A stretch of DNA of 60,584 nt, filler included. It is 4 parts of 4 records of this genome, joined end to end, with 100 filler letters (N's around TTAATTAATTAA, not from the genome) between each part and the next. Parts side by side here need not be neighbours in the genome. Positions count along the whole stretch, not along the records: positions 1 to 20,737 come from SRR20825019_853; 3 more parts are not named here. One strand, given 5' to 3'. A program made the position numbers and the translations under genes. The notes below the pieces were generated by a model. That model did not search any database, was not told the DNA's origin, and saw only the letters and a list, made by a program, of their open reading frames with translations. The stretch's first letter is position 1. Every line of letters starts with the position of its first letter. This document shows, piece by piece, positions 10,065 to 19,602 of the stretch.

Positions 10065-10147
10065 CGTCATCCCTGCACACGCAGGGACCCAGGGATGGCG
10101 AGCAGAACTCTATGATCACCTGGGTCCCGTTTTTTCAACGGGATGAC
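10065..10147 (+). repeat. CGTC-tagged REP-like palindromic element, copy 2
   Basis: CGTCATCCCTGCACACGCAGGGACCCAGGGATGGCG...CTCTATGATCACCTGGGTCCCG..CGGGATGAC; direct repeat of 7576-7659. Confidence 0.8.
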
Positions 10148-10170
10148 AAATGTGAGGGAGAGTTTGGCTC

Positions 10171-11052
10171 TCACTCGCTCCGATAGCGCTCTTCCAGCCC
10201 GTAATACCAGTCGAACCCTACCGTCTCGTATAACTCATCAAAACTCAGCAACCGGTCCGGGCCAGGATGGTTGCCATGCGCCATCAGGGCGAGTGCATCG
10301 CGCATGGCGCGGATCGAGACGTTCAGCAGGGTGACCCCGAACAGCAGGCACTCATAGCCGATCGCCTCCGCCTCTGCGGGGCTGAGCAGCGGACGGCCTT
10401 CGCGTTCAAGCTGGGCGAGCAGTTTCGGCACCTGCACCCGGCTGCACAGCGTTTCCATCTCGCCCCGGCTTTGCGGTCCTTCGAAATAGACGATATCGGC
10501 GCCCCGGTCGGCGAAGGCCTCACAGCGCCAGAGCGCCTCCTCCAGCCCCTCGGCAACGCGGCTGTCTGTGCGGGCGAGGATCAGCACGTCACCGCCTTCC
10601 GCACGGATTTCGTCCCGCATGTCGAGTGCGGCCTGCAACCGAGTCATTGCCTCACCGCGCGGCACGACCTCGACCCCCTTGGCGAATCCGCAGCGTTTCG
10701 GGAAGACCTGATCTTCCAGCATGATGCAGGCGATTCCCGCATCCGCGAATCCCTTCACCGTGCGCCGGACATTGACCGGGTTGCCGAATCCGGTATCCGC
10801 ATCGCCGATCAGCGGGATGGAGACGGCGCCCGCGACATCCCGGGCCTGATCGAGGATTTCCTTGTAGGAGAGCAGGCCCGCGTCCGGCAGGCCGATCTGC
10901 GTCGCGCTGACCGCGTAGCCGCTGACATAGGCCGCATCGAAGCCTGCCTGCTCCACCAGTTTCGCACTCATCGCGTCGAAGCAGCCGGGTATAGTCAGGA
11001 TTCGCCCTTCCGCCAGACGTCCCCGCAACGCCGCCGCATTTCCCGCCATCAT
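10171..11052 (-). CDS. Isocitrate lyase/PEP mutase superfamily enzyme (2,3-dimethylmalate lyase/oxaloacetate acetylhydrolase-like)
   Basis: FDAMSA, GLPDAG, DADTGFG, EDQVFPKRCG, ARTD. Confidence 0.9.
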   Translation of the reverse strand: MMAGNAAALRGRLAEGRILTIPGCFDAMSAKLVEQAGFDAAYVSGYAVSATQIGLPDAGLLSYKEILDQARDVAGAVSIPLIGDADTGFGNPVNVRRTVKGFADAGIACIMLEDQVFPKRCGFAKGVEVVPRGEAMTRLQAALDMRDEIRAEGGDVLILARTDSRVAEGLEEALWRCEAFADRGADIVYFEGPQSRGEMETLCSRVQVPKLLAQLEREGRPLLSPAEAEAIGYECLLFGVTLLNVSIRAMRDALALMAHGNHPGPDRLLSFDELYETVGFDWYYGLEERYRSE

Positions 11053-11109
11053 CGTCTCCCCCGCTTTTCTTGATTATCGGGAAGAACGATAGCCCTGACG
11101 CCAAAATGG

Positions 11110-11134
11110 AAAAAGGCCCCAAAAGGGGCCTTTT
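11110..11134 (-). terminator. Intrinsic terminator downstream of rpmF
   Basis: AAAAGGCCCC-AAAA-GGGGCCTTTT perfect hairpin with A/T tails. Confidence 0.8.
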
Positions 11135-11157
11135 CACGTCACATATGCGTGCCGGTC

Positions 11158-11343
11158 TTAGAAGGCGTCTTTGACCTTCAGGACCTGGCGGCCGCGATAC
11201 ATGCCGGTCTTCAGATCAATGTGGTGCGGACGGTGCAGTTCACCGGTATCCGCGCTTTCCACATACGCATCAGACTTTACCCGATCATGGGCACGACGCA
11301 TGCCGCGCTTCGACGGGGTCGTTTTCCTTTTGGGAACTGCCAT
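11158..11343 (-). CDS. rpmF: 50S ribosomal protein L32
   Basis: [20 protein letters not shown]...[21 protein letters not shown]. Confidence 0.98.
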   Translation of the reverse strand: MAVPKRKTTPSKRGMRRAHDRVKSDAYVESADTGELHRPHHIDLKTGMYRGRQVLKVKDAF

Positions 11344-11469
11344 GTCACTTATCCTCAGTTCGTCGGTACCGATTGCACCGACGGTGCGATCTCAGGGGCG
11401 CTGTATTAGTTGGTTTCCGGAGTGGTTGCAAGGGAAAAACCCTGCAAAACCCGTCCGGCAGGCATGCGT

Positions 11470-13458
11470 TTATTCGAACTCGATGATCTGCTGATCGACG
11501 GTGAGGCTACCGCCGGCGGCAGCGTGGATTTTCGCCACCGTGCCGTCCTTCTCCGCCCGCAGCACATTCTCCATCTTCATGGCCTCGACCACGGCCAGTT
11601 CCTGCCCGGCCTTGACGGCGTCGCCCTCACCCACCGCCAGCGAGACCAGCAGGCCCGGCATCGGCGAGAGCAGGAATTTGCTGAGGTCGGCCGCCTCTTT
11701 CTTCGGCATCCGGTCCAGCAGATCGGAGGCCCGCCGGCTGATAACCGTGAAGCGGCGCTGGGCGCCCGCGATAGAGGCCAGATAATCGATCCCCTTGCGC
11801 TCGAACTGCACCGGGAACGGCTTGCCGTTGACCGTGCCGCCGAACACCGGCTCTCCTGCCCGGAGTGCACCGCGCACGGCATAGGTGGAGCCGCCAATGC
11901 TCACGTCGAACCCGCCATCCACCACACTTGCATCCGCATCTTCCGCCACATCGTCATGGCGTACCTTCCAGGCCCGCTGTGGCGGGTTGCGATCACCGAC
12001 GGGAGTCTGGCCGGAAATCATCCGGTTGCGCTCCGCATAAGCGCATTCCGCCGCCACCGCGACCGCTCGCATGGCGTTCTCGATCTCTTCGCTCACAGGC
12101 GCGCCATGGAAGCCGTCCGGATATTCCTCGGCAATAAAGCCGGTCGACAACCGTCCCTCGCGGAACCGCTCATGCGCCATCACGGCGGAGAGGAAATCGA
12201 CATTGTGTCCGATGCCCCGCACCAGGAACCGATCGAGCGCCTCCGCCATCCGGTCCACCGCCTCGATCCGTGTGCCCCCATAGGTGCAGAGCTTGGCCAC
12301 CATCGGGTCATAGAACATGGAAATCTCGGCACCTTCATAGACGCCGGTATCGACCCGCACCGTGTCGCTCTCCTGCGGCGGCTGATAGCGCACCAGACGG
12401 CCCGTGGAGGGCAGGAAGCCGCGATAGGGGTCCTCGGCATAGATCCGCGACTCGACGGCCCAGCCGGTCATCTTGATGTCGTCCTGGGTGAAGGGCAGCT
12501 TCTCGCCCGCCGCCGAGCGGATCATGATCTCGACCAGATCGAGGCCGGTGACCAGTTCCGTTACCGGATGCTCCACCTGCAGCCGGGTGTTCATCTCCAG
12601 GAAATAGAAGTTCCGGTCTGCATCGACGATGAACTCGACGGTTCCGGCGGAGGAATAATCCACCGCCTGCGCCAGGGCCACGGCCTCGGCCCCCATGGCA
12701 GCCCGGGTTTTCTCGTCCAGAAACGGGCTCGGCGCCTCTTCGATGACCTTCTGGTGGCGGCGCTGAATGGAGCATTCCCGCTCCCCCAGATGCACGACAT
12801 TGCCGTGCTTGTCCGCGATCACCTGGATCTCGATATGACGCGGCTCCTCGACGAATTTCTCGATGAAAACGCGCTCGTCGCCAAAGCTGGAGCGGGCCTC
12901 GTTCACGGCGGAGCGGAAACCGCTCACGACCTCTTCGTCGTTATAGGCGACCCGCATGCCCTTGCCGCCACCGCCGGCAGAGGCCTTGATCATCACCGGG
13001 TAGCCGATCTCGCGGGCGACCTTGGCGGCTTCGGTGTCGTCAGCCAGGATGCCGAGATAGCCCGGCACCGTGCTGACCTTGGCCGCATGCGCCAGCTTCT
13101 TCGATTCGATCTTGTCGCCCATGGCCCCAATGGCCTTGATGCCCGGGCCGATGAAAGCGACACCTTCCTTTTCAAGAGCTTCGGCGAAGGCCGCGTTCTC
13201 GGACAGAAAACCATATCCCGGATGCACCGCCTCGGCGCCGGTCTGCCGGATCGCATCCATGATCTTGTCGATCACCAGATAGGATTCGGAAGAGGCCGCG
13301 GGGCCGATATGCACCGCTTCGTCGGCTGTCCGGACATGCAGGGCGTCCGCATCGGCATCGGAATAAACGGCGACGGTCTGGATGCCCATGCGTTTTGCGG
13401 TCCGCATCACGCGACAGGCGATTTCACCACGGTTGGCGATCAGGATTTTCTTGAACAT
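11470..13458 (-). CDS. pccA: Propionyl-CoA carboxylase alpha subunit (biotin carboxylase + BCCP)
   Basis: ILIANRGEIAC, HPGYGFLSEN, ERECSIQRR, EMNTRLQVEH, LLSPMPG, EAMKM biotinylation site. Confidence 0.9.
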   Translation of the reverse strand: MFKKILIANRGEIACRVMRTAKRMGIQTVAVYSDADADALHVRTADEAVHIGPAASSESYLVIDKIMDAIRQTGAEAVHPGYGFLSENAAFAEALEKEGVAFIGPGIKAIGAMGDKIESKKLAHAAKVSTVPGYLGILADDTEAAKVAREIGYPVMIKASAGGGGKGMRVAYNDEEVVSGFRSAVNEARSSFGDERVFIEKFVEEPRHIEIQVIADKHGNVVHLGERECSIQRRHQKVIEEAPSPFLDEKTRAAMGAEAVALAQAVDYSSAGTVEFIVDADRNFYFLEMNTRLQVEHPVTELVTGLDLVEIMIRSAAGEKLPFTQDDIKMTGWAVESRIYAEDPYRGFLPSTGRLVRYQPPQESDTVRVDTGVYEGAEISMFYDPMVAKLCTYGGTRIEAVDRMAEALDRFLVRGIGHNVDFLSAVMAHERFREGRLSTGFIAEEYPDGFHGAPVSEEIENAMRAVAVAAECAYAERNRMISGQTPVGDRNPPQRAWKVRHDDVAEDADASVVDGGFDVSIGGSTYAVRGALRAGEPVFGGTVNGKPFPVQFERKGIDYLASIAGAQRRFTVISRRASDLLDRMPKKEAADLSKFLLSPMPGLLVSLAVGEGDAVKAGQELAVVEAMKMENVLRAEKDGTVAKIHAAAGGSLTVDQQIIEFE

Positions 13459-13509
13459 GCATGGAAGTTAGCCGAGCCCCTTGAGAGCGGCAATAGGCCA
13501 GCGCCCTTA

Positions 13510-13824
13510 TCAGATCAGGAAATTGATATAGGAGCCTGCAGGGGCATCCTGATCGATATTGTCATTGGCGAGAAGCGTCATCAGCCGCTTGATCTGACGC
13601 TCAATATCAGCATCCGTGGTCGCGGTGCGCAGCCGGAAGCCTGGGGTCGGCGCACTGCTTGGGATCTGTAACGGCTGCTGCTGGGCGACGCGGGCCGGGG
13701 TTGCGGCATCGGGGCGGCGGACAACAGGACGCCGGACACGCCCGTTGGGTGCGCCTACGCCGCCGTTTCTCGGTCCACTCGGTGTCAGTGCCATGTGCGA
13801 TGCCCTCGGCTCAATCAGTGACAT
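13510..13824 (-). CDS. Hypothetical protein (104 aa)
   Basis: Co-oriented ORF filling the gap between the aminotransferase and pccA; C-terminal PAGSYINFLI. Confidence 0.55.
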   Translation of the reverse strand: MSLIEPRASHMALTPSGPRNGGVGAPNGRVRRPVVRRPDAATPARVAQQQPLQIPSSAPTPGFRLRTATTDADIERQIKRLMTLLANDNIDQDAPAGSYINFLI

Positions 13825-13858
13825 CGACTATAGCGGAGCGGGAATCGGGCGCAAAGCC

Positions 13859-15049
13859 TTACGCTTTCGGCCCGCCCAGCATGCCCTCCAGCGCATCCAT
13901 CGCCGCCGTCAGCCGTTCCGGCGCGGAAGCGTAGCAAAGCCGCAGATAGCCTTCGCCCGACGGCCCGAAGGCGCTGCCCGGCGCGAGGCCTACATTACAC
14001 TTGTCGATGATCTCCTTGCACGCCGCGACCGAGTCATCCATGCCGTCGACTGTGAAGAAGGCATAGAAGGCCGCTTTCGGCCGTGCGGAGCTGATCCGGG
14101 GCCAGGCATCCAGCCGGTCGAACACGATGTCCCGGCCTTTAAGGCAACGGTCGCGCAGCTGCTTGATCACATGATCGCCATCGCGCATCGCCACGATGGC
14201 GCCGCGATGCAGGAATTGCGGGACGCCGGAGGTGACGATCTGCACCAGCTTGGCGACGGTCGGGCCGAGGGCAGCAGGGTGGGTCAGCCAGCCGAGCCGC
14301 CAGCCGGTCATCATCCAGGATTTGGAGAAGCTGTTGATGACGAACAGTCTGTCGTCATCCTCGGCGATTTGCAGAAAGGACGGTGCGACGTCCCGGTCAA
14401 AGACGAGCTGGTGATAGACCTCGTCCGCGATGATCCAGATGCCGCGCTCCCGGGCGAAGTCGAGAATTTGCTGCTGTTGCTCCTGCTCGATCATCCAGCC
14501 CGTCGGGTTGCCCGGCGAGTTGACGAAGATCGCCTTGGTCCTGTCGGTGACGGCCGCGAACAACTCATCCATGTCGAGATGCCAGTCATCGTCCCGCAGG
14601 CTGAGCGAGACATGGGTGCTGACGCCGCCATTGATCTCCACCGTGGAATAAATGTTCGGCCAGATCGGGCCCACCACCAGCACCTCATCACCCGGCGCCA
14701 GAATCATCTGCATGGCCATGGCGAGAGAGGACATGCCGCCGGTTGTCAGGCTGACCCGGTCCGTGTCGAGCGCGATGTCGAAGGTCCGGTTCATATAGGC
14801 GGCGATTTCCTTGCGGAGATCGAGAATGCCGCGCTGATCGGTATAGAAGGTCTCACCCCGGCGCATCGCATCGGCGGCAGCCTCGGTGATGAAAGCAGGC
14901 GTCGGCAGGTCGCCCTCGCCGAACCAGAGCGGGATCAGCCCCTGCCGGTCCCAGCCATGCTGCGCGACCTCGACAATGCCGGTCTCTTTAAGGGTCTCCA
15001 CGAGAGAATTCATCGGACCGAAATCGGGCGCGGCGGACATCAGCATCAT
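13859..15049 (-). CDS. PLP-dependent class I/II aminotransferase
   Basis: LWFGEGD, NSPGNPTGW, IADEVY, NSFSKSWMMTGWRLGW (PLP lysine), LAPGSAFG, LRLC; exact start uncertain. Confidence 0.92.
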   Translation of the reverse strand: MMLMSAAPDFGPMNSLVETLKETGIVEVAQHGWDRQGLIPLWFGEGDLPTPAFITEAAADAMRRGETFYTDQRGILDLRKEIAAYMNRTFDIALDTDRVSLTTGGMSSLAMAMQMILAPGDEVLVVGPIWPNIYSTVEINGGVSTHVSLSLRDDDWHLDMDELFAAVTDRTKAIFVNSPGNPTGWMIEQEQQQQILDFARERGIWIIADEVYHQLVFDRDVAPSFLQIAEDDDRLFVINSFSKSWMMTGWRLGWLTHPAALGPTVAKLVQIVTSGVPQFLHRGAIVAMRDGDHVIKQLRDRCLKGRDIVFDRLDAWPRISSARPKAAFYAFFTVDGMDDSVAACKEIIDKCNVGLAPGSAFGPSGEGYLRLCYASAPERLTAAMDALEGMLGGPKA

Positions 15050-15198
15050 CTTCATCCTGCAATTGGAAACCAGCCGCACCCAGGCACGACAATATGAAAA
15101 CTTTAGCTCTTTGCCCCATGCTCACAACCCCATAAAACCGATGGCACGGGTTAGCCCCGATTAACCGACGAGACTGAATTGAAAGCGCGAGGAAGAGG

Positions 15199-15810
15199 AT
15201 GGGCAGGATCTACCTGATCCGGCATGGGGAGACGGTGTGGAACCGGCTGGGACGGCTGCAGGGCCAGCTTGATTCCCCTCTCACCCTGACCGGCGTGCGG
15301 CAGGCCGAAGCCCATGGCCGCAAGCTCGGCGAATTGCTCGGAGCGACCGCCCTGCCCGTGCTCGCCAGCCCTCTCGGCCGCACCCGGCAGACCGCCGCCA
15401 TCATCTGCGATACGGCAGGCCTGCCCTACGAGACCGTCCGGTTCGACGAGCGACTGATGGAAATCACCTTGGGCGAGCATGACGGCTATCACGGCTGGGG
15501 CGCGCTGGATGAGGACTTTCCGGAGCACGCAATCGCCCGCCGGGCCGATCCCTGGCATTACCAGCATCCCGGCGGCGAAAGTACGGAGATGGTGCGCGAC
15601 CGGCTGATTCCGGTCATGAACGAGCTGCGCGCCGCCGAGACACCGCACATCGTCATCGCCCATGGCGTGGTAAACAAGATCATGCGCGGAATCTATCTCG
15701 GGCTGAGCGAGGAGGACTGTTTCGCCCTTGACCGGCCGCAGCACGGCTTTCACGTGCTGGAGGATGGCGCGGAGGAATTCGTGCTCAGCATTCCCCTCGA
15801 AAATGCCTGA
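15199..15810 (+). CDS. Histidine phosphatase (phosphoglycerate mutase-like)
   Basis: RHGET, ASPLGRT, PGGES, AHG. Confidence 0.92.
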   Translation: MGRIYLIRHGETVWNRLGRLQGQLDSPLTLTGVRQAEAHGRKLGELLGATALPVLASPLGRTRQTAAIICDTAGLPYETVRFDERLMEITLGEHDGYHGWGALDEDFPEHAIARRADPWHYQHPGGESTEMVRDRLIPVMNELRAAETPHIVIAHGVVNKIMRGIYLGLSEEDCFALDRPQHGFHVLEDGAEEFVLSIPLENA

Positions 15811-15947
15811 CGAAGGTCTTGCGAAAGCGCCCTTCAATCGACATCCTGAGCATACAGGCGGGCACCGTCCCGGTAATTTCAGACAGGAGTAATGGCATGG
15901 CCCGGCACCGTCCGCACCATGGCCGGCAACTCCCAAACTGAGGTCCC

Positions 15948-16328
15948 ATGATGGATGACCATGCCGCATCCGGCATACGGTTCGGCCGTATCGCCGCCAC
16001 TCTCCCCGTGAAAGATATGGAGAGAGCTCGAAGTTTCTATGTCGACACGCTTGGCTTCAAGAAGGTGTTCGAAAACGGCACGCCCACCGGTTTCATGATC
16101 CTGAAGCAGGGAGCGGCCGAGTTACACCTCACCCTGCAGCCAAGCCACAAGGCTGCACCGTTCAATGTCGCGCACATGATGGTCGAGGACGTGGACGCGC
16201 TGCACGCGCTCTGCCAGCAGGCCGGGATGCGCATCGTCAAAGGGCTGCAGGACAAGGATTACGGTCTGCGGGCCTTCGTCTTCGAGGACCCTGACGGGAA
16301 CCGCATCGATGTTGGTGCGGCCCTCTGA
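15948..16328 (+). CDS. VOC/glyoxalase family protein
   Basis: LPVKDMERARSFY, YGLRAFVFEDPDGNRI. Confidence 0.9.
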   Translation: MMDDHAASGIRFGRIAATLPVKDMERARSFYVDTLGFKKVFENGTPTGFMILKQGAAELHLTLQPSHKAAPFNVAHMMVEDVDALHALCQQAGMRIVKGLQDKDYGLRAFVFEDPDGNRIDVGAAL

Positions 16329-16369
16329 AGCTACGCGTCTCCGGCACGGCTTGTCCGTGCCGGGGCGCC

Positions 16370-17251
16370 TTACTCCATATCCGGAATTGCAGGCAGCCGG
16401 CGAATGGTCCGGATCGGGATATCCATGTCCCGTGTCCGATACATAAAATCCGCCAGCCCCTCGTAAGCCACTGCCATGTGATGACCGTTGGCATGCAACA
16501 GCATGCCCGGCTCGGCCAGGAACATGACATGGCCTGCCGTGAACAGCAGATCGCCCGGCTGGGCCGCGTCCAGCCCGCCCTCGACGATCTCGCCGACCGT
16601 GGCTTCCTGCATGTCGCTGTCCCTTGGCGCGGTGATCCCGGCCCGGGCCAGTGCCAGCTGTACCAGAGCCGAGCAATCCAGCCCGAAGCTGGAGCGTCCG
16701 CCCCAGCCATAGGGGGCGCCCATGAAAAGCTCGGCAGTGGAGAGATAATCCGGCTCCACCTCGGTCACATCGCACAGATGCGGCGTATAGATCCAGCCCC
16801 CGGCCTCGCCGAAATCGACCCGGGAATAGTTACCGTCGATATCGGAAACCCGGACACGGGTGGAGAGATGCAGCATGTCGAGCGGGATGCTCTTCAGGTC
16901 CGGCTCCGGGAACACATAGCTCCGCAGCGCCTGAATTTCGTGACTGTAGGTCGCCTCATTATCAGGTCCGAGCCCGTCTTCACGCACATAGCCGACATAG
17001 CCGTCGCTCTGGTTCTGTCCCCAGGCCCAGCCATCCTTCCGCTCATAGGTGATGAAGCGCTCATTGAAGAGCAGCTCCGTCGATTGCCGCGCAGCCGTGT
17101 CCGGCGCCTCGCGCACCGACAGCCTGCCCGGCAGCACCCGGCAGGCCTCGCCCGCTACATATTTCGGCGCATCGATATCAGCTTCGAGGAAGTCGGCCGC
17201 GATATCCGCGCGGGCCGGGGTCAGGCGATGGTCGAACGGGTCAATCTTCAC
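16370..17251 (-). CDS. NlpC/P60 (C40) peptidase with N-terminal SH3-like domains
   Basis: PYGWGGRSSFGLDCSALVQ, PRDSDMQ, GHV, HAN; start overlaps the VWA gene stop. Confidence 0.92.
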   Translation of the reverse strand: MKIDPFDHRLTPARADIAADFLEADIDAPKYVAGEACRVLPGRLSVREAPDTAARQSTELLFNERFITYERKDGWAWGQNQSDGYVGYVREDGLGPDNEATYSHEIQALRSYVFPEPDLKSIPLDMLHLSTRVRVSDIDGNYSRVDFGEAGGWIYTPHLCDVTEVEPDYLSTAELFMGAPYGWGGRSSFGLDCSALVQLALARAGITAPRDSDMQEATVGEIVEGGLDAAQPGDLLFTAGHVMFLAEPGMLLHANGHHMAVAYEGLADFMYRTRDMDIPIRTIRRLPAIPDME

Positions 17252-18426
17252 GCCATCAGATCCTTCGTTGCCCGGTCGAGACCGTCCAGGGTGAGCGGGA
17301 ACATGCGGTCCTCCATCAGGTCGCGGATCATGCTGATCGACTGGGTATAGTGCCAGTATTTCTCGGGCGTCGGGTTGAGCCAGGCCGTGCGCCGGAAATG
17401 GCCGGTCAGACGCTGCATCCAGGCGGCGCCCGCCTCCTGGTTCATATGCTCCACGCTACCGCCAGGCATGGCGATCTCGTAAGGGCTCATCGAGGCATCG
17501 CCGACGAAGATCGCCTTGTATTCCGGCCCGTACGTGTGCAGCACGTCCCAGGTCGAGGTGGCCTCGGTATGGCGACGCCAGTTGTCCTTCCACACCTTCT
17601 CGTACGGGCAGTTGTGGAAGTAGAAATATTCCAGATGCTTGAACTCTGACCGGGCGGCGGAGAACAGCTCTTCCGTCACCTTGATGAAGGGGTCCATTGA
17701 GCCGCCAACATCGAGGAACAGCAGCACGTTCACATTGTTGTGCCGCTCCGGCACCATCTTCAGATCGAGATAACCGCCATTGCGCGCGGTGGAGCGGATG
17801 GTGTCGCTCATATCCAGTTCGGTCGGCGTGCCGGAACGGGCGAAGCGGCGCAGCTTGCGGAGCGCCATCTTGATGTTCCGCGTGCCGATCTCGACAGAAT
17901 CGTCGAGATTGCGGAACTCGCGTTTGTCCCAGACCTTTACCGCCCGGTTATGGCGATTGCCGTCCTGACCGATGCGCACACCTTCGGGATTGTAGCCATA
18001 AGCGCCGAACGGACTGCGTCCGGCCGTGCCGATCCACTTGTTGCCGCCCTGATGACGCTTTTCCTGCTCTTCCATGCGCTGCTTCAAGGTCTCCATGAGC
18101 TTTTCCCAGCCGCCCATAGCCTCGATCTCGGCCTTTTCCTCCTCGGTCAGGTTCAGCTCCGCCATCTTGCGCAGCCATTCCTCCGGGATGTCCTTGCCGA
18201 ACAGATCGGTGAGATATTCCAGCCCCTTGAAGACATGGCCGAAGACCTGATCGAACCGGTCCAGATGTCGCTCGTCCTTCACCAGCGTCGCGCGGGAAAG
18301 ATAATAGAAATCCGTGACCGCGTAATTCGCCAGCCCGGCCTGCACGGCCTCCAACAGCAGCAGATACTCCTTCACGGAGACCGGCACTTCGGCGCGTTTC
18401 AGCTCGTAGAAGAAATTTGAAAACAT
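17248..18426 (-). CDS. VWA-domain protein (CoxE-like MoxR partner)
   Basis: RHQGGNKWIGT, LDVGGSMD MIDAS, YFHNC, VGDASMSPYEI, WLNP. Confidence 0.9.
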   Translation of the reverse strand: MFSNFFYELKRAEVPVSVKEYLLLLEAVQAGLANYAVTDFYYLSRATLVKDERHLDRFDQVFGHVFKGLEYLTDLFGKDIPEEWLRKMAELNLTEEEKAEIEAMGGWEKLMETLKQRMEEQEKRHQGGNKWIGTAGRSPFGAYGYNPEGVRIGQDGNRHNRAVKVWDKREFRNLDDSVEIGTRNIKMALRKLRRFARSGTPTELDMSDTIRSTARNGGYLDLKMVPERHNNVNVLLFLDVGGSMDPFIKVTEELFSAARSEFKHLEYFYFHNCPYEKVWKDNWRRHTEATSTWDVLHTYGPEYKAIFVGDASMSPYEIAMPGGSVEHMNQEAGAAWMQRLTGHFRRTAWLNPTPEKYWHYTQSISMIRDLMEDRMFPLTLDGLDRATKDLMA

Positions 18427-18736
18427 GGGGATTTGTCACAGCCTTGGGTCAGGGGGTCAAGCATGGACCGCACACATGAACGGACAGGAATCTAATTACC
18501 CTCCACCTATGGAGTTTAAGATTGCACACGCGAGCTAGACTGCTCTAGGAAAGCATCACGGAACTGGAGATTTTATGTCCCGATGAATGCGGGTGGCCAT
18601 GCGGCCTCCCATCCAAGCCTGATCAGATCACGCTTACGCCAACGAGGCGCGGCGCCTGTCGGCTTGTCTTCAGCATAATTCGGGACAATCGCACCGGCAC
18701 TTTGCCGGCAGCGAGACTATGGAAATCATCCAGACA

Positions 18737-19165
18737 ATGATCAGACAATACCAATCCGACGACACCGACGCCCTCGCTTCGATCTGGTGGTCAGCTAGCG
18801 TGCTTGCCCATCCGTTTCTGAGTAACGGCTTCATGGCGCAGGAAGATGAAAATCTTCGCAATCTCTACCTCCCCAACGCAGAAACATGGGTTCTGGAGCA
18901 GACAGAGAAACCTGTCGGCTTCATTGCCCTGATTGACGCGGAGATAGGCGGACTGTTTCTTTGCCCCTCTTGCCACGGGCAGGGACTGGGCAAAATGCTG
19001 GTGGATCACGCAGCGAACCTCAAAGGTCCCTTGAGCGTTGAGGTTTTCGAGCGAAACCATATCGGCCGACGTTTCTATGATCGTTATGGCTTCTCTGAAA
19101 CCGGGCGATACAGGCATGAAGCATCGAGAGAAATAACACTCAGGATGACGATGCCGTCAGTCTGA
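18737..19165 (+). CDS. GNAT N-acetyltransferase (YiaC/YjaB-like)
   Basis: AHPFL, IGGLF..P..HGQGLGK, N..GRRFY..YGF. Confidence 0.88.
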   Translation: MIRQYQSDDTDALASIWWSASVLAHPFLSNGFMAQEDENLRNLYLPNAETWVLEQTEKPVGFIALIDAEIGGLFLCPSCHGQGLGKMLVDHAANLKGPLSVEVFERNHIGRRFYDRYGFSETGRYRHEASREITLRMTMPSV

Positions 19166-19177
19166 ACGGCAACAGCG

Positions 19178-19207
19178 GAAGGCGCCCTTCACGGGCGCCT
19201 TCTTTTT
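19178..19207 (+). terminator. Intrinsic terminator after the GNAT gene
   Basis: GAAGGCGCCC-TTCAC-GGGCGCCTTC followed by TTTTT. Confidence 0.82.
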
Positions 19208-19233
19208 GACCCCAAGCCGACTGCAACGCGCCA

Positions 19234-19602
19234 TTAATTCAGCGCAGCTTGCAGGGCCTTTTGTTTTTCCAGGAGATCCGTGGCAAGAGCACGGCCGCCA
19301 TCTTCGGTGCAATGGTGGTTTCCGATCTCGGCCTGGTCCCGCGCCTTTTCCATCGATGCCTGGATGACCGACCATTCGATGGGATCCGCACCGGCTTTCT
19401 CGGCAAGCTCCTTCACCTGCCTCTCGAAATAATCAACCTCTTCGGCAGGACCGCCACAGAAAGGCACCGACGCCGAAATTTTCCCGGCTGCGCTTCCATA
19501 GGCCTGCAACGCCGTCTTCACGGCATCATCGGCCGCGTCTGCAGGCGTAACAAGAATAGCCAGTGCCAGCATTGCGCCAAGGGAGCTCACAATCCGATTC
19601 AT
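19234..19602 (-). CDS. Hypothetical secreted protein (two Cys)
   Basis: Sec signal MNRIVSSLGAMLALAILVTPADA; start overlaps the MoxR stop. Confidence 0.75.
   Translation of the reverse strand: MNRIVSSLGAMLALAILVTPADAADDAVKTALQAYGSAAGKISASVPFCGGPAEEVDYFERQVKELAEKAGADPIEWSVIQASMEKARDQAEIGNHHCTEDGGRALATDLLEKQKALQAALN

Noticed and set aside
7576-10147. Repeats as a CRISPR array or IS ends
   Set aside because: Only two copies 2.4 kb apart, in direct orientation, with no spacers, cas or transposase gene
11158-11343. Cysteine-free (zinc-independent) L32 as a special paralog
   Set aside because: This is a common form in alphaproteobacteria
11410-13671. 753-aa plus-strand ORF and similar long antisense ORFs (4585-6456, 6333-7568, 13616-15097)
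   Set aside because: Shadow frames opposite well-supported genes in high-GC DNA, with no recognisable motifs
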